Origin: Oscillospiraceae bacterium
GTDB taxonomy: Bacteria > Bacillota > Clostridia > Oscillospirales > CAG-272
Reading direction: 5' to 3'
Assembly (NCBI GenBank): GCA_015064745.1
Contig: SVRR01000002.1
Location: 74,454 to 138,453, forward strand
DNA: 64,000 bases
Shown here: piece by piece, positions 1-8,597 of the stretch
How positions within the stretch are numbered: position 1 is the first letter of the stretch
Layout of the letters: each line of letters begins with the position of its first letter
The notes under the pieces: generated by a model
Seen by the model: only the letters and a program-made list of their open reading frames with translations
Database searches by the model: none
What the model was told of the DNA's origin: nothing
Position numbers and translations under genes: made by a program

Positions 1-1311
1 GCCGAATCCGAGCGCGCGCAGGGTCTTGACGATAAACTTCGTAGGAATATCAATACCGGTATAGCGGTCGTAGTACGCCTTGTCAATGTCGATCTCAATG
101 GTGGGATACTCGTAAACGTACTTGTCGGTCACAGCACTCACGACGGTAATGCCGGCATCGATCTCGGAGAGAAGATAGAGGAAGCGCGCGGTCGCGAGAG
201 GCGCAAGCGCGGGGTCAAGCATCTTTTCGTAGCGCATCGACGCATCGGTACGAAGACCGAGATAGGTTCCCGCGTGACGAATGCAAACACCGTCGAAGGT
301 AGCGCTCTCCAAAAGGAGGGAGTTCGTTTCCTCGCTAATTCCCGAAGCAAGACCGCCCTTGATGCCTGCGATGGCAACGGGCTCTTCATTTGAGCAGATC
401 ATGAGCACGCGGTCGTCAATGGTGCGGACCTCGTGGTCAAGGGTGGTAAACTCAAAGGGAGAAGCGAAGCGTTGTACCTCGATCTTGTCTACCTTTTTAA
501 GGTCGAAGGCGTGCATCGGTTGACCGAGCTCCATCATCACGTAGTTGGTGAGGTCGGCAAGGAGATTGATCGCGCGTGAGCCGCAGTAATAAAGACGGAT
601 CTTCATTGTCATTGGCGACTCGTGCACCGTGATGTTTTCTACCTTGGTACCGATATAGCGATATGCGTGTCTTGTGTCGCGGATGTCGATCTCCACGGGA
701 GGAAGATAATCGTATGCGGTAAGGTCCTTTTTGCCAACGTCCAAAAGAGGGCGGCCCGTGATCGCGGCGAACTCACGCGCGACCCCGTAGTGACCCCAAA
801 GGTCAGGGCGGTTGGTAAGCGATTTGTTGTCCACCTCAAAGACGATATCGTCGATGGGATAGATCGCTTTGATGTCCGTGCCGAGCGGAATGTTGTCGGG
901 AAGCACCCAAAGTCCGCTGTTATCGTCCGAAACGCCAAGCTCCGCTTCGGAGCAGCACATGCCCATAGAGGGATGTCCCGCTACCTTTCGTGCGGCGATC
1001 TCCATCGGCGTGCCGTCCTTTCCGGGAACGGTTCCGCCTACCGTCGCAAAAGCAACGGTGAGTCCTTCGCGCACGTTGGGAGCGCCGCAAACGCAATCCA
1101 CGATTCCCGAGCCGGTGTCTACGCGCAAAAGATGCAGATGGTCGGATGAGGGATGCTTCTTTACGGAGAGAATGCGTGCGACCACAACACCGCGGACGTC
1201 GCGTCCCTTCACGTAAATATCCTCCACCTCGGCGGTGGAAAGGGTGAAGCGGTGAATCAAAGCGGGAATATCAAGCTCGGAGAGGTCGACAAAGTCTCCG
1301 ATCCAGTTCAT
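1..1311 (-). CDS. pheT: phenylalanine--tRNA ligase beta subunit (N-terminal ~437 codons; 3' end lies beyond the window)
   Basis: Absent from the ORF track because it is open to the window edge. Reverse translation from ATG 1311-1309 gives MNWIGDFVDLSELDIPALIHRFTLSTAEVEDIYVKGRDVRGVVVARILSVKKHPSSDHLHLLRVDTGSG..., a PheT-type tRNA-binding N-terminus. It lies directly downstream of pheS. Confidence 0.9.
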   Translation of the reverse strand, partial: MNWIGDFVDLSELDIPALIHRFTLSTAEVEDIYVKGRDVRGVVVARILSVKKHPSSDHLHLLRVDTGSGIVDCVCGAPNVREGLTVAFATVGGTVPGKDGTPMEIAARKVAGHPSMGMCCSEAELGVSDDNSGLWVLPDNIPLGTDIKAIYPIDDIVFEVDNKSLTNRPDLWGHYGVAREFAAITGRPLLDVGKKDLTAYDYLPPVEIDIRDTRHAYRYIGTKVENITVHESPMTMKIRLYYCGSRAINLLADLTNYVMMELGQPMHAFDLKKVDKIEVQRFASPFEFTTLDHEVRTIDDRVLMICSNEEPVAIAGIKGGLASGISEETNSLLLESATFDGVCIRHAGTYLGLRTDASMRYEKMLDPALAPLATARFLYLLSEIDAGITVVSAVTDKYVYEYPTIEIDIDKAYYDRYTGIDIPTKFIVKTLRALGFG

Positions 1312-1337
1312 CGAAAATAACACAGTCTCTCTCCTCC

Positions 1338-2372
1338 TTACTCGTTTTCAAATTGGGAAAGGGCACGAAGATTGCCCGAATTGAAATCGCGGATGTCCTT
1401 GACACCGTACTTCATCATGGCAAGACGAGTCATACCGAGACCAAAGGCAAAGCCGGTGTAGACCTCGGGATCAATGCCGCCCTCACGAAGCACGTTCGGG
1501 TGAATCATGCCGCAGGGACAAAGCTCAAGCCAGCCTGTGTTTTTGCAAGAGGGGCAGCCGCGTCCTTTACAAATGGTACAGCTGATATCCAGCTCGAAGC
1601 CGGGCTCGGTGAAGGGGAAGAAGCCGGGGCGCAGGCGCACCATAAGCTCCTCTCCAAAGACGGCGCTGAGCATGGTTTTCATGAAATAGATAAGGTTGGA
1701 AATGGAAATATCCTTGTCGATCATCATGCCTTCCATTTGGAAGAAGGTGTTCTCGTGGCAGGCATCGATCGCCTCGTTACGGAAGCAGCGTCCGGGGAAA
1801 ATGGCACGCAGGGGCGCGCCGTATTTCTTCATGATATGGTTCTGTGCCGCCGAGGTGTGCGTTTTGAGCAGCTGACCGTTTTCAATGTAATAGGTGTCCT
1901 GCATATCGCGGGCAGGATGATGCTTCGGGATGTTGAGCGCCTCAAAGCAATGGTAGTCGTCGGTCACCTCCACGTAGTCCTCTACCGTAAAGCCCATGGT
2001 GGTAAATATCTCCTCCACGTCACGGGCAATCAGTGTGATGGGGTGATAAGAGCCGCGATCCTCGGAAGAGGGAAGGGTGGGATTGAACTTTTTCGCCGAG
2101 CGGATGGCGCTTTCCAGTGCCTCTTGCTCTAACACGCGCCCCTTTTCGTTGATGGCGGTCTCCGCCTCACCCTTGAAGGTGTTAACAAGCTGTCCCGCTT
2201 CCTTTCGTTCCTCGGGCGTCATATCGCGCAGTCCCTTCATCAAATCGTTGACGGGACCCTTCTTTCCAAGATACGCCACGCGAACAGCTTCCAGCATTTC
2301 TTTGGTACGTGCCGCTGCCAGCTCCTCGGTAAAGGAGACTCTCAACGCATCGATCTGTTCCTTAAACATCAT
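1338..2372 (-). CDS. pheS: phenylalanine--tRNA ligase alpha subunit
   Basis: ORF 1338-2459 has class-II PheS signatures (FPGRCFRNEAIDACHENTFFQMEG, GFAFGLGMTRLAMMKYG). Start moved to MMFKEQ (ATG 2372): a GAAAGGA RBS precedes it, and the upstream 29 codons overlap a consensus promoter. Confidence 0.95.
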   Translation of the reverse strand: MMFKEQIDALRVSFTEELAAARTKEMLEAVRVAYLGKKGPVNDLMKGLRDMTPEERKEAGQLVNTFKGEAETAINEKGRVLEQEALESAIRSAKKFNPTLPSSEDRGSYHPITLIARDVEEIFTTMGFTVEDYVEVTDDYHCFEALNIPKHHPARDMQDTYYIENGQLLKTHTSAAQNHIMKKYGAPLRAIFPGRCFRNEAIDACHENTFFQMEGMMIDKDISISNLIYFMKTMLSAVFGEELMVRLRPGFFPFTEPGFELDISCTICKGRGCPSCKNTGWLELCPCGMIHPNVLREGGIDPEVYTGFAFGLGMTRLAMMKYGVKDIRDFNSGNLRALSQFENE

Positions 2373-2426
2373 GCATGTCCTTTCCCGAGCCGCAACCTCG
2401 ACTCGGACAAAATAATCATCTTTACT

Positions 2427-2455
2427 ATTATATAAAATGAAAGTGCGTTTGTCAA
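2427..2455 (-). promoter_or_regulatory. sigma-A type promoter for pheST (TTGACA-17 nt-TATAAT)
   Basis: The minus strand reads TTGACA aacgcactttcatttta TATAAT (-35 at 2455-2450, -10 at 2432-2427). A short CCGAG/CTCGG hairpin follows, then the RBS. Confidence 0.6.
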
Positions 2456-2464
2456 TCAAATTTT

Positions 2465-2953
2465 TTATTTTGCGACGAGATTTTTTGCGATTTCGGCGAT
2501 TTCCGAGCGAATTTCGGCAGGGATAAGTGCGGTATAATCCTCCCCGCGCAAAATGCGTTCGCGCACCTCGCTGGACGAAATGCCCGCAAGCTCGGAGGAC
2601 GCCGCAAGAAAAACGGTCTCAACGTCGCCGTGCGCGCGGTTATAATCCGCCATTTTCATCTCGTAGGCGAGATCCCTTTCGTCTCTTACAGCACGTAAAA
2701 CAAGGGAAATCCCCTCCCGTCTTGCGTAGTCGACGACCATACCGTTATCGAAATCCACCGTTACGTTCGGAAACTTTTTTGTAACGCGGCGAAGGAAGGA
2801 AGCACGCTCCTCGGGCGAAAACATCCCCGGCTTTTCGGGATTGAGAAACACGGCCACGCGCACGTCGTCAAAACGCGCGGCGGCGCGACGGATGATATCC
2901 TCGTGTCCTACCGTTACGGGATCAAAGCTTCCCGTGATCATGACCTTATTCAT
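2465..2953 (-). CDS. coaD: phosphopantetheine adenylyltransferase
   Basis: MNKVMITGSFDPVTVGHEDIIRRAA... carries the CoaD T/HxGH nucleotidyltransferase motif. About 162 aa. Start chosen at M37 of ORF 2465-3061; it overlaps the rsmD stop by 8 nt. Confidence 0.9.
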   Translation of the reverse strand: MNKVMITGSFDPVTVGHEDIIRRAAARFDDVRVAVFLNPEKPGMFSPEERASFLRRVTKKFPNVTVDFDNGMVVDYARREGISLVLRAVRDERDLAYEMKMADYNRAHGDVETVFLAASSELAGISSSEVRERILRGEDYTALIPAEIRSEIAEIAKNLVAK

Positions 2954-3509
2954 CAAAAGTCGCCTCCCCGTAGCGGAAAATGTGTATCCACGCGCGGCCG
3001 TATTTCTTCGCCCGCACAAGTGTAAGGTCTGCACGCTGTATCTCTTCGATGGGGTCTTCACCCTCTAAGACGAAAAGCGTCCCCTCCTTTACCATATCGG
3101 CGTTGATCACGCGAAGCATCGCATCCACGGCAATCTGCTCGGCATAGGGCGGATCAATGAAAACGATATCAAAGACCTCGCGCCCCGCCGCCTTTCTTAA
3201 ATAATTGCGATAATCGCTGACAAGAAAGTGCGAACGGTCAAAAAAGCCCGTTTTCTTCGCGTTCTCCTTGACAATCTCCATAGCGTCGCGTGCCTCATCG
3301 ATAAAAACGGCGCGTGCGGCACCGCGTGAGAGGGCTTCAAGCCCCATCTGTCCGCTTCCTGCGAAAAGGTCGAGAAAGGTGCGTCCTTCAAGATCAAATT
3401 GCAAGGCGGAAAAGACCGCTTCCTTGACCTTTTCCGCGGTCGGACGGGTCTTCTCGCCGTCAAGCGTTTTTAAAACGGCGCCCTTGGCGCTTCCCGTAAT
3501 AATTCTCAT
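2946..3509 (-). CDS. rsmD: 16S rRNA (guanine966-N2)-methyltransferase RsmD
   Basis: 187 aa with a SAM-binding motif (LDLFAGSGQMGLEALSRGA) and DPPY (FIDPPYA). The rsmD-coaD pairing is typical. Confidence 0.9.
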   Translation of the reverse strand: MRIITGSAKGAVLKTLDGEKTRPTAEKVKEAVFSALQFDLEGRTFLDLFAGSGQMGLEALSRGAARAVFIDEARDAMEIVKENAKKTGFFDRSHFLVSDYRNYLRKAAGREVFDIVFIDPPYAEQIAVDAMLRVINADMVKEGTLFVLEGEDPIEEIQRADLTLVRAKKYGRAWIHIFRYGEATFDE

Positions 3510-3512
3510 GCT

Positions 3513-5345
3513 TTATTCCTCGCTTCCTTTTTGCGGATGAAAATGTGCGTAGACGGATGCCGCGGCAGGCTTTGTCATACCGCGCACGGCGGCAATTTCC
3601 TCGACACTCGCTTCCTTTAAGCGCTTTAAGCTGCCGAAGTAGGCAAGCAGACGGCGGGCGCGTTCTTTTCCGATGCCTCTCACGTTTTCAAGAGAGGAAC
3701 GCTTCAACGAGCGTCCCTTGGCTTCCATCGTGGCGAGCACCGCATGGCGGTGCACTTCCTCTTGCAGCTTGTACAAAAACACGTATACGCTTTGCTCGTG
3801 CGCGATGCCTACGGTCTCTCTTTCGGTGCAAAGCGCGCGGGTTTTGTGATGCTCGTCCTTGACAAGCCCGAACAGCGGAATATCGAGGCCTGCTTCCTTT
3901 AACGCTTCCTTGCCGACCGAGACATGTCCCCGTCCGCCGTCCAGAAGAATGAGGTCGGGGAGAAGACCGAAGCTCTCGTCGTCCGCATGCGCGAAGCGGC
4001 GGGTGAGCGCCTCCTTCATCGCGCTGTAATCGTCGTTTACGACTGTTTTTATACGGAAGGTGCGATAGGCGTTCTTTTTCAGCACGCCGTCCTCGTACAC
4101 GATCATGCCCGCTGTAGTGTATTCCTTGCCGATGGCAGAAATGTCGTACACCTCAATGCGCGAGGGAAGCACTTCAAGCGCCAAAAGGCTTGCCAGGGTG
4201 ACGAGGGTCCCCTCGTCGCGTGTTGTGCGCTCCGTTTCCTTTTTGACCGCTTCGGCGGCGTTTTTTGCCGCCATATCGCAAAGCCCCCGCTTTGTGCCTC
4301 GCTGCACGTGATGCACGACGGTTTTTCGACCGCGCTCCTTCGATAAAAAGGCGCTGAGAGCCGTCTCGCTTTCCTCGGGCGGCAAAAAGCCGAGCAGGAT
4401 CTCCTTCGGAATGTCAGCGCCGCGCATATAGTAGTCTGTGAGGAAGGCAATCGCCGTTTCGGGGGTCAAGATCTCGGACGAAGCAAAGGTAAAATCGTTT
4501 TTTCTTATCAGCTTTCCTTCCCGTACCGAAAGCACGGAGAGGGCATCTGTCGGGTTGCCGAGAATAAGCCCCCATGCATCGGCAGACACGCTCCCGTCGG
4601 CGAGCACCTTTTGCTTTTCCCCCAGCTTTGCGAGGGCAAAAATAGCGTCACGCGCTCTTGCCGCCGCCTCGAAGTGCTCTTCACCGGCGGCGAGAAGCAT
4701 CTCCTCGCGCAGACGGCGCTCAGCCTCTCGCGTATCACCGCTGAGCACTGCCACCGCTGCGCGTACGGCTTCCTTGTATTCCTTTGAAGTGACGTCACCC
4801 ACGCAGGGTGCCATGCAACGCTTCATTTGACGGTAGATGCAAGGACGCTCACGACCGATGTCCTCAGGAAAACGGCGACGGCAAGAGGGAAGATGAAAGA
4901 GCTTGCGCACCGTATCCAGGTTCACGTAAGCATCCGAAATGCCCGAATAGGGGCCGAAGTAACGGCTTCCGTCCTTTGTACGCTCACGGGTGACGAAAAT
5001 GCGTGGGTATTCGCCTGCCGTGACGGCAATATAAGGATAGGATTTCGCATCCTTCAGCTTGACGTTGTATTTTGGCGCGTATTTTTTGATGAGCGTATTT
5101 TCAAGTCCAAGGGCTTCTATTTCACTATCGCAGAGAATGGTGTCAAAATCAGCGACCTTAGCGATCATACGTGCTGTTTTGACGGCATGGTCGTTTCCCG
5201 TGAAGTAGCTTGCGACGCGGGCAGACAGCTTACGGGACTTTCCTACGTAGATCACAGTACCCTCGGCATCCTTCATTAAATATACGCCGGGGGAAGGGGG
5301 AAGCGCGTTCGCTTTTTCCCGTAACTCTTCTCGTTTTGTCCTCAT
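3513..5345 (-). CDS. uvrC: excinuclease ABC subunit C
   Basis: GIY-YIG N-terminus (PGVYLMKDAEGTVIYVGKSRKLSARVASYF), UvrBC and RNase H-like regions, C-terminal HhH. Start set at MRTKREEL (ATG 5345). The 8 upstream codons of the tracked ORF (MLAAFFNT) are encoded by the ptsH terminator stem and T-tract. Confidence 0.93.
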   Translation of the reverse strand: MRTKREELREKANALPPSPGVYLMKDAEGTVIYVGKSRKLSARVASYFTGNDHAVKTARMIAKVADFDTILCDSEIEALGLENTLIKKYAPKYNVKLKDAKSYPYIAVTAGEYPRIFVTRERTKDGSRYFGPYSGISDAYVNLDTVRKLFHLPSCRRRFPEDIGRERPCIYRQMKRCMAPCVGDVTSKEYKEAVRAAVAVLSGDTREAERRLREEMLLAAGEEHFEAAARARDAIFALAKLGEKQKVLADGSVSADAWGLILGNPTDALSVLSVREGKLIRKNDFTFASSEILTPETAIAFLTDYYMRGADIPKEILLGFLPPEESETALSAFLSKERGRKTVVHHVQRGTKRGLCDMAAKNAAEAVKKETERTTRDEGTLVTLASLLALEVLPSRIEVYDISAIGKEYTTAGMIVYEDGVLKKNAYRTFRIKTVVNDDYSAMKEALTRRFAHADDESFGLLPDLILLDGGRGHVSVGKEALKEAGLDIPLFGLVKDEHHKTRALCTERETVGIAHEQSVYVFLYKLQEEVHRHAVLATMEAKGRSLKRSSLENVRGIGKERARRLLAYFGSLKRLKEASVEEIAAVRGMTKPAAASVYAHFHPQKGSEE

Positions 5346-5351
5346 CGTGTT

Positions 5352-5383
5352 AAAAAAGGCGGCAAGCATCTCTGCCTGCCGCC
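5352..5383 (-). terminator. rho-independent terminator after ptsH
   Basis: The minus strand reads GGCGGCAGGCA-gaga-TGCTTGCCGCC (11-bp stem, 1 mismatch) followed by TTTTTT. It starts 17 nt after the ptsH stop. Confidence 0.65.
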
Positions 5384-5399
5384 ATCCTTCCGTATGGTT

Positions 5400-5737
5400 T
5401 TACGCCTTGCAACCGCCGTCAATGAGAGCGGAAAGGCCCAAAAGCGCCTCATCCTCATCCGCACCGTCGGCAATGAGGGTGACAACGTCGCCCTTGGCAA
5501 TGCCTAACGAAAGCACGCCGAGCAGGCTTTTTGCGTTGATCTTACGAACACCTTCACCGTCAACGAAGGTGTCAATGATACCGCCTTCCAGCTTTCCCTC
5601 TGCCGCCAGCTTTGCCTTTGCGGGGTCCTTGGCGATCCAAAGGGTGCTTTATAGCTGTTCGCCTTCTGAATAAAAAAGGTCGCAGGTCTTGCATGCAGAC
5701 CTTCATTGTTCTGAATAATGACGGTACAGGATTTCAT
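5400..5737 (-). pseudogene. ptsH: phosphocarrier protein HPr, reading frame broken by a 1-nt deletion near 5648
   Basis: N-terminal frame: MKSCTVIIQNNEGLHARPATFFIQKANSYK (His15 motif). After an AAA run the HPr sequence continues in another frame: STLWIAKD...VRKINAKSLLGVLSLGIAKGDVVTLIADGADEDEALLGLSALIDGGCKA, stop at 5400-5402. The span is 338 nt, not a multiple of 3. Confidence 0.8.
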
Positions 5738-5864
5738 ACTAGGTTCCTCCGGTGAAGAAAATCAGGGTTCTCGCAAAAAATTTTATATATACAGTATAAC
5801 AAATGTCCTCAGTAAAATCAATAGGTTTTACTTATTTTTTTTGCGTTTTTTGCAAGTTTTTTCT

Positions 5865-6302
5865 CTAAAATCCTGCCGAAAAGCCCGTGAAACGGGCGCA
5901 AAGCGAGAAATTTTCACCACGAAGCACGGTCTCTTCTCCTATGGGAAATGAGCGTTCGCCAAGCGAGAGCCGTCCGTTTTTTTCGTGCGCGTAGGCAGAT
6001 ACCGTAAAGGTAACGTCCGAAAAAAGAAGGGAATCGTGTGAAAGAAGCACTCCCTCATGCCGTCCGTACAGCCTATGCGGCGTATGGGTCGTCTTCAAAA
6101 CGGTCGAGGACGTATTTTCAAAGCAAAGAATATCCCCTTCCTTCGGAAACTCGTGAAGCAAAAGAGTGTTTACATTTTCGACAAAGAAGGTGAGGGAATA
6201 GGGCGATTCCGCGACACGCACTGGCTCTGCGAGTCGATGACCGAGAGAACCGAGAAGAAAGACGGAAATAAGGAAAAACGGAAAAAGACGTTTTTTTGTC
6301 AT
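5865..6302 (-). CDS. hypothetical membrane-anchored or secreted protein (~145 aa)
   Basis: Start at MTKKRLFPFFLISVFLLGSLG (hydrophobic N-terminus), with a 4-nt ATGA overlap on the upstream gene. The Arg-rich N-terminal part of tracked ORF 5865-6674 overlaps that gene out of frame and is rejected. Confidence 0.6.
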   Translation of the reverse strand: MTKKRLFPFFLISVFLLGSLGHRLAEPVRVAESPYSLTFFVENVNTLLLHEFPKEGDILCFENTSSTVLKTTHTPHRLYGRHEGVLLSHDSLLFSDVTFTVSAYAHEKNGRLSLGERSFPIGEETVLRGENFSLCARFTGFSAGF

Positions 6303-6739
6303 AAGCACCTCACCTTCACGCAAAGCCCCCCAAGGCTTGCCGTTCCCAAAAGATAGATGGCTTCTCCCACTCTTGGCGTCAGCGTTCCGATACGGACGTC
6401 CCCCTCTTTTCTTGTGCCCTCGCCAAGAAGTGTTAATGCAAGCGTGACGCGGTGCGGAAGCAAATACGTGCCAAAAACGTCCTCGCGGATCGTTTCCTCC
6501 TTCGTAACGCGCAGAATTTCCCCCGCGCTCTCCTTTCCTCTTGCGTCGATCAGCTGCTCGCCCACGTGAAAGAGGTCGGCGACAGCGGCGTCTACCTCGA
6601 AGACAGCCGTGTATACAACGAGCACCTGTTCTTCCTTGCTTTTTTGAAATTTCATATAAATAAAGATCGCGCACACCGCGAAAAGGAGCAGAAAAACAGC
6701 GACCGGCGTGTGCTTTAAGTGAGTCCTAGTGTGAGCCAA
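6299..6739 (-). CDS. hypothetical membrane-anchored protein (~146 aa; possibly DUF4330-like)
   Basis: TTG start preceded by ACGGAGG at 7 nt. Has an N-terminal TM helix (TPVAVFLLLFAVCAIFIY) and a soluble domain with layout similar to the downstream gene. The family assignment is from memory only. Confidence 0.6.
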   Translation of the reverse strand: MAHTRTHLKHTPVAVFLLLFAVCAIFIYMKFQKSKEEQVLVVYTAVFEVDAAVADLFHVGEQLIDARGKESAGEILRVTKEETIREDVFGTYLLPHRVTLALTLLGEGTRKEGDVRIGTLTPRVGEAIYLLGTASLGGLCVKVRCL

Positions 6740-7848
6740 AACAAAACCTCCGTTTGTCCGAAATAAAGCGGATCGTCAAAAATGCCGAACAAGAGAAGAG
6801 CGAGAAGCGCCGCCCGCGCCCCTCTGTCTTTTCCAAAAAGAATTGCCCTCGCACAGAGAAAAAGAAACAGAAGGAGTCCTATGATGCCGTGGGAAAGCAA
6901 AAGGTGTAAATAGATGGAATGCGTGTGTTCAACCTGTAAAAGCCCCGCCGCCAATACAGGGGAGAGCGCTGTGAGCATTGCCTTTTTTCCTTCGCCTACT
7001 CCAAAAATGAGGGCGCGAGGCGGAAGACGAAAAACGCTTTTCCAAAGCGAAAAGCGGTAGCGCACCGAGGTGTCGGGGGACAGAACGGACGAAAGACGCG
7101 AAATGAGCGTACTCGGTGCAAAGAGAGACAAGAGCGGCAAAAGGGAAATGACGGTAAGGAGCACGCGAAAAGCGCCGAAGCGCCACGAAAGGAGAAGAAA
7201 AGAGGAAAAAAGAAGCGCAAGAAGCGCGCCGCGCGAATAGGTTGCCGCGATTCCCGCGAGGGAGCCGAAAAAGCAAAAGAGTGAAAACAGCCTGCTTTTC
7301 TTCTCAAAGAGCAGATCATAAAGCGCGAAAGAAGCGGGAGAAAGAAGAAAAGCGGCCGTGATGTTCGGATTCCCGAAAATCCCTCTTGCCCGCGAAAGCG
7401 CGGAAAAAAGCGAGGGGTCGTTATACCCCGTGACGCCGCCGTCGAGAAAAATTTCCAAAAGCGCGAGTATGCCTAAAACACCGCCGACGAGCGATAGTAT
7501 TCGACGCAGTTCTCGCTTTCTTTCGGAAAAAAGACGGGGCAGAAAAAACGACAGACGCAGTAAAACGGAGAGGATCGTCGCCCCTCGTGCCTGCGGCAAT
7601 AATATCCCCGAAAGGCAAAGTGTGAGGAAAACGACGTACAGCCGCGCGTCGGCGGTGTAAAGGGGACGGCTATCATGGGGAAGCGTTGCTTCGACGGCAA
7701 AAAACGCGACGGTCCAAAATGCCGAAAGGGTGTGAGCGTGGGGGAAAAGCGCCGTGATGGGAAGAAGTAAAAAAAAGAAGAACAGGACAGTGATTTTACT
7801 GTCCTGTTCCTTAAAAGGTAAATATTTCTTTACAAAAATTGGATTCAT
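6715..7848 (-). CDS. O-antigen ligase / Wzy_C family polytopic membrane protein
   Basis: 377 aa with about 10 TM segments. Shows GNPN, ATYSRGALLAL and a large loop followed by HTHSIYLHLLLSHGIIG, typical of O-antigen ligase-like proteins. Its start overlaps the trmD stop (ATGA). Confidence 0.8.
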   Translation of the reverse strand: MNPIFVKKYLPFKEQDSKITVLFFFFLLLPITALFPHAHTLSAFWTVAFFAVEATLPHDSRPLYTADARLYVVFLTLCLSGILLPQARGATILSVLLRLSFFLPRLFSERKRELRRILSLVGGVLGILALLEIFLDGGVTGYNDPSLFSALSRARGIFGNPNITAAFLLSPASFALYDLLFEKKSRLFSLFCFFGSLAGIAATYSRGALLALLFSSFLLLSWRFGAFRVLLTVISLLPLLSLFAPSTLISRLSSVLSPDTSVRYRFSLWKSVFRLPPRALIFGVGEGKKAMLTALSPVLAAGLLQVEHTHSIYLHLLLSHGIIGLLLFLFLCARAILFGKDRGARAALLALLLFGIFDDPLYFGQTEVLFWLTLGLT

Positions 7849-8597
7849 TCTTTGGTTTCCGCCGTGCGCTTGCGACGGCTTTTTTTCTCCTTCGGCGGAT
7901 GTGCGGCGCGATATGCCGCCGCCATTTCGGGACGGCGCTCCTCGGTAATACGGAGTGCCTCAGCAAGCCGCCACTTTTGAATGTTTGCGTGATGTCCCGA
8001 AAGAAGCACGGGGGGGACGTCTACGCCGTGGAAGGTCACGGGACGCGTGTATTGCGGATATTCGAGAAGCCCGGAGGCGATGCTTTCGTCCTCAAAGCAT
8101 TCGGGCATGGCAAGCACGCCGTCTACCATGCGCGCCACGGTGTCCACCAGCACGCAGGCGGGAAGCTCCCCACCCGTCAAAACGTAATCACCGATAGAGA
8201 TCTCCTCGTCCACGTATTCGTCCAGCACACGCTGATCGACGCCCTCGTAATGACCGCAAAGCAAAATGAGACGGTCGTAGGCAAGCAGAGAGGAAGCCTT
8301 TGCCTGTGTCAACACCTTCCCCTTTGGAGAAAGGTAGATCACGCGGCGGCGCTCGCCTTCGGGAAGGTTTTTCGTAATGTCCTCAATGCAAGCCGCGATG
8401 GGAGGTGCCGCCATGACCATGCCGCGTCCGCCGCCAAAGGGGGTATCGTCTACGTTCTTGTGCTTGTTTTCCGAATAGTCGCGGATGTTGTGGCAGGTAA
8501 CAGAGATAAGCCCTGCCTTTCGGGCGCGACCGAGGATGCTTTCCGAAAGAATGCCGGACACCATTTCGGGGAACAGCGTCATAATGTCGAATTTCAT
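7845..8597 (-). CDS. trmD: tRNA (guanine37-N1)-methyltransferase
   Basis: MKFDIMTLFPEMV...DDTPFGGGRGMVM...LLCGHYEGVDQRV...SIGDYVLTGGELPA: canonical TrmD motifs. Confidence 0.95.
   Translation of the reverse strand: MKFDIMTLFPEMVSGILSESILGRARKAGLISVTCHNIRDYSENKHKNVDDTPFGGGRGMVMAAPPIAACIEDITKNLPEGERRRVIYLSPKGKVLTQAKASSLLAYDRLILLCGHYEGVDQRVLDEYVDEEISIGDYVLTGGELPACVLVDTVARMVDGVLAMPECFEDESIASGLLEYPQYTRPVTFHGVDVPPVLLSGHHANIQKWRLAEALRITEERRPEMAAAYRAAHPPKEKKSRRKRTAETKE

Noticed and set aside
2373-2464. A T-box leader upstream of pheS, which is common for pheST in Firmicutes.
   Set aside because: Only about 92 nt separate coaD from pheS, and a consensus promoter takes up part of that. This is too short for a T-box (about 200 nt or more), and I could not find the conserved T-box sequence.
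5346-5369. The extended uvrC start (MLAAFFNT) given by the ORF track.
   Set aside because: These codons are exactly the descending stem and T-tract of the ptsH terminator (TGCTTGCCGCC TTTTTT). The start was moved to ATG 5345.
5640-5655. Programmed -1 ribosomal frameshifting as the explanation for the split HPr.
   Set aside because: The site (C TAT AAA GCA) is not an X XXY YYZ slippery heptamer, and I see no downstream stimulatory hairpin or pseudoknot. A 1-nt deletion in an A-run is the simpler explanation.
6303-6674. The Arg/Gly-rich N-terminal 124 codons of tracked ORF 5865-6674 (MRDLYLYEISKKQGRTGARCIHGCLRGRRRCRR...).
   Set aside because: This part overlaps the better-supported 6299-6739 gene out of frame and looks like non-coding translation. 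The real gene starts at MTKKRLF (6302) with an ATGA overlap.
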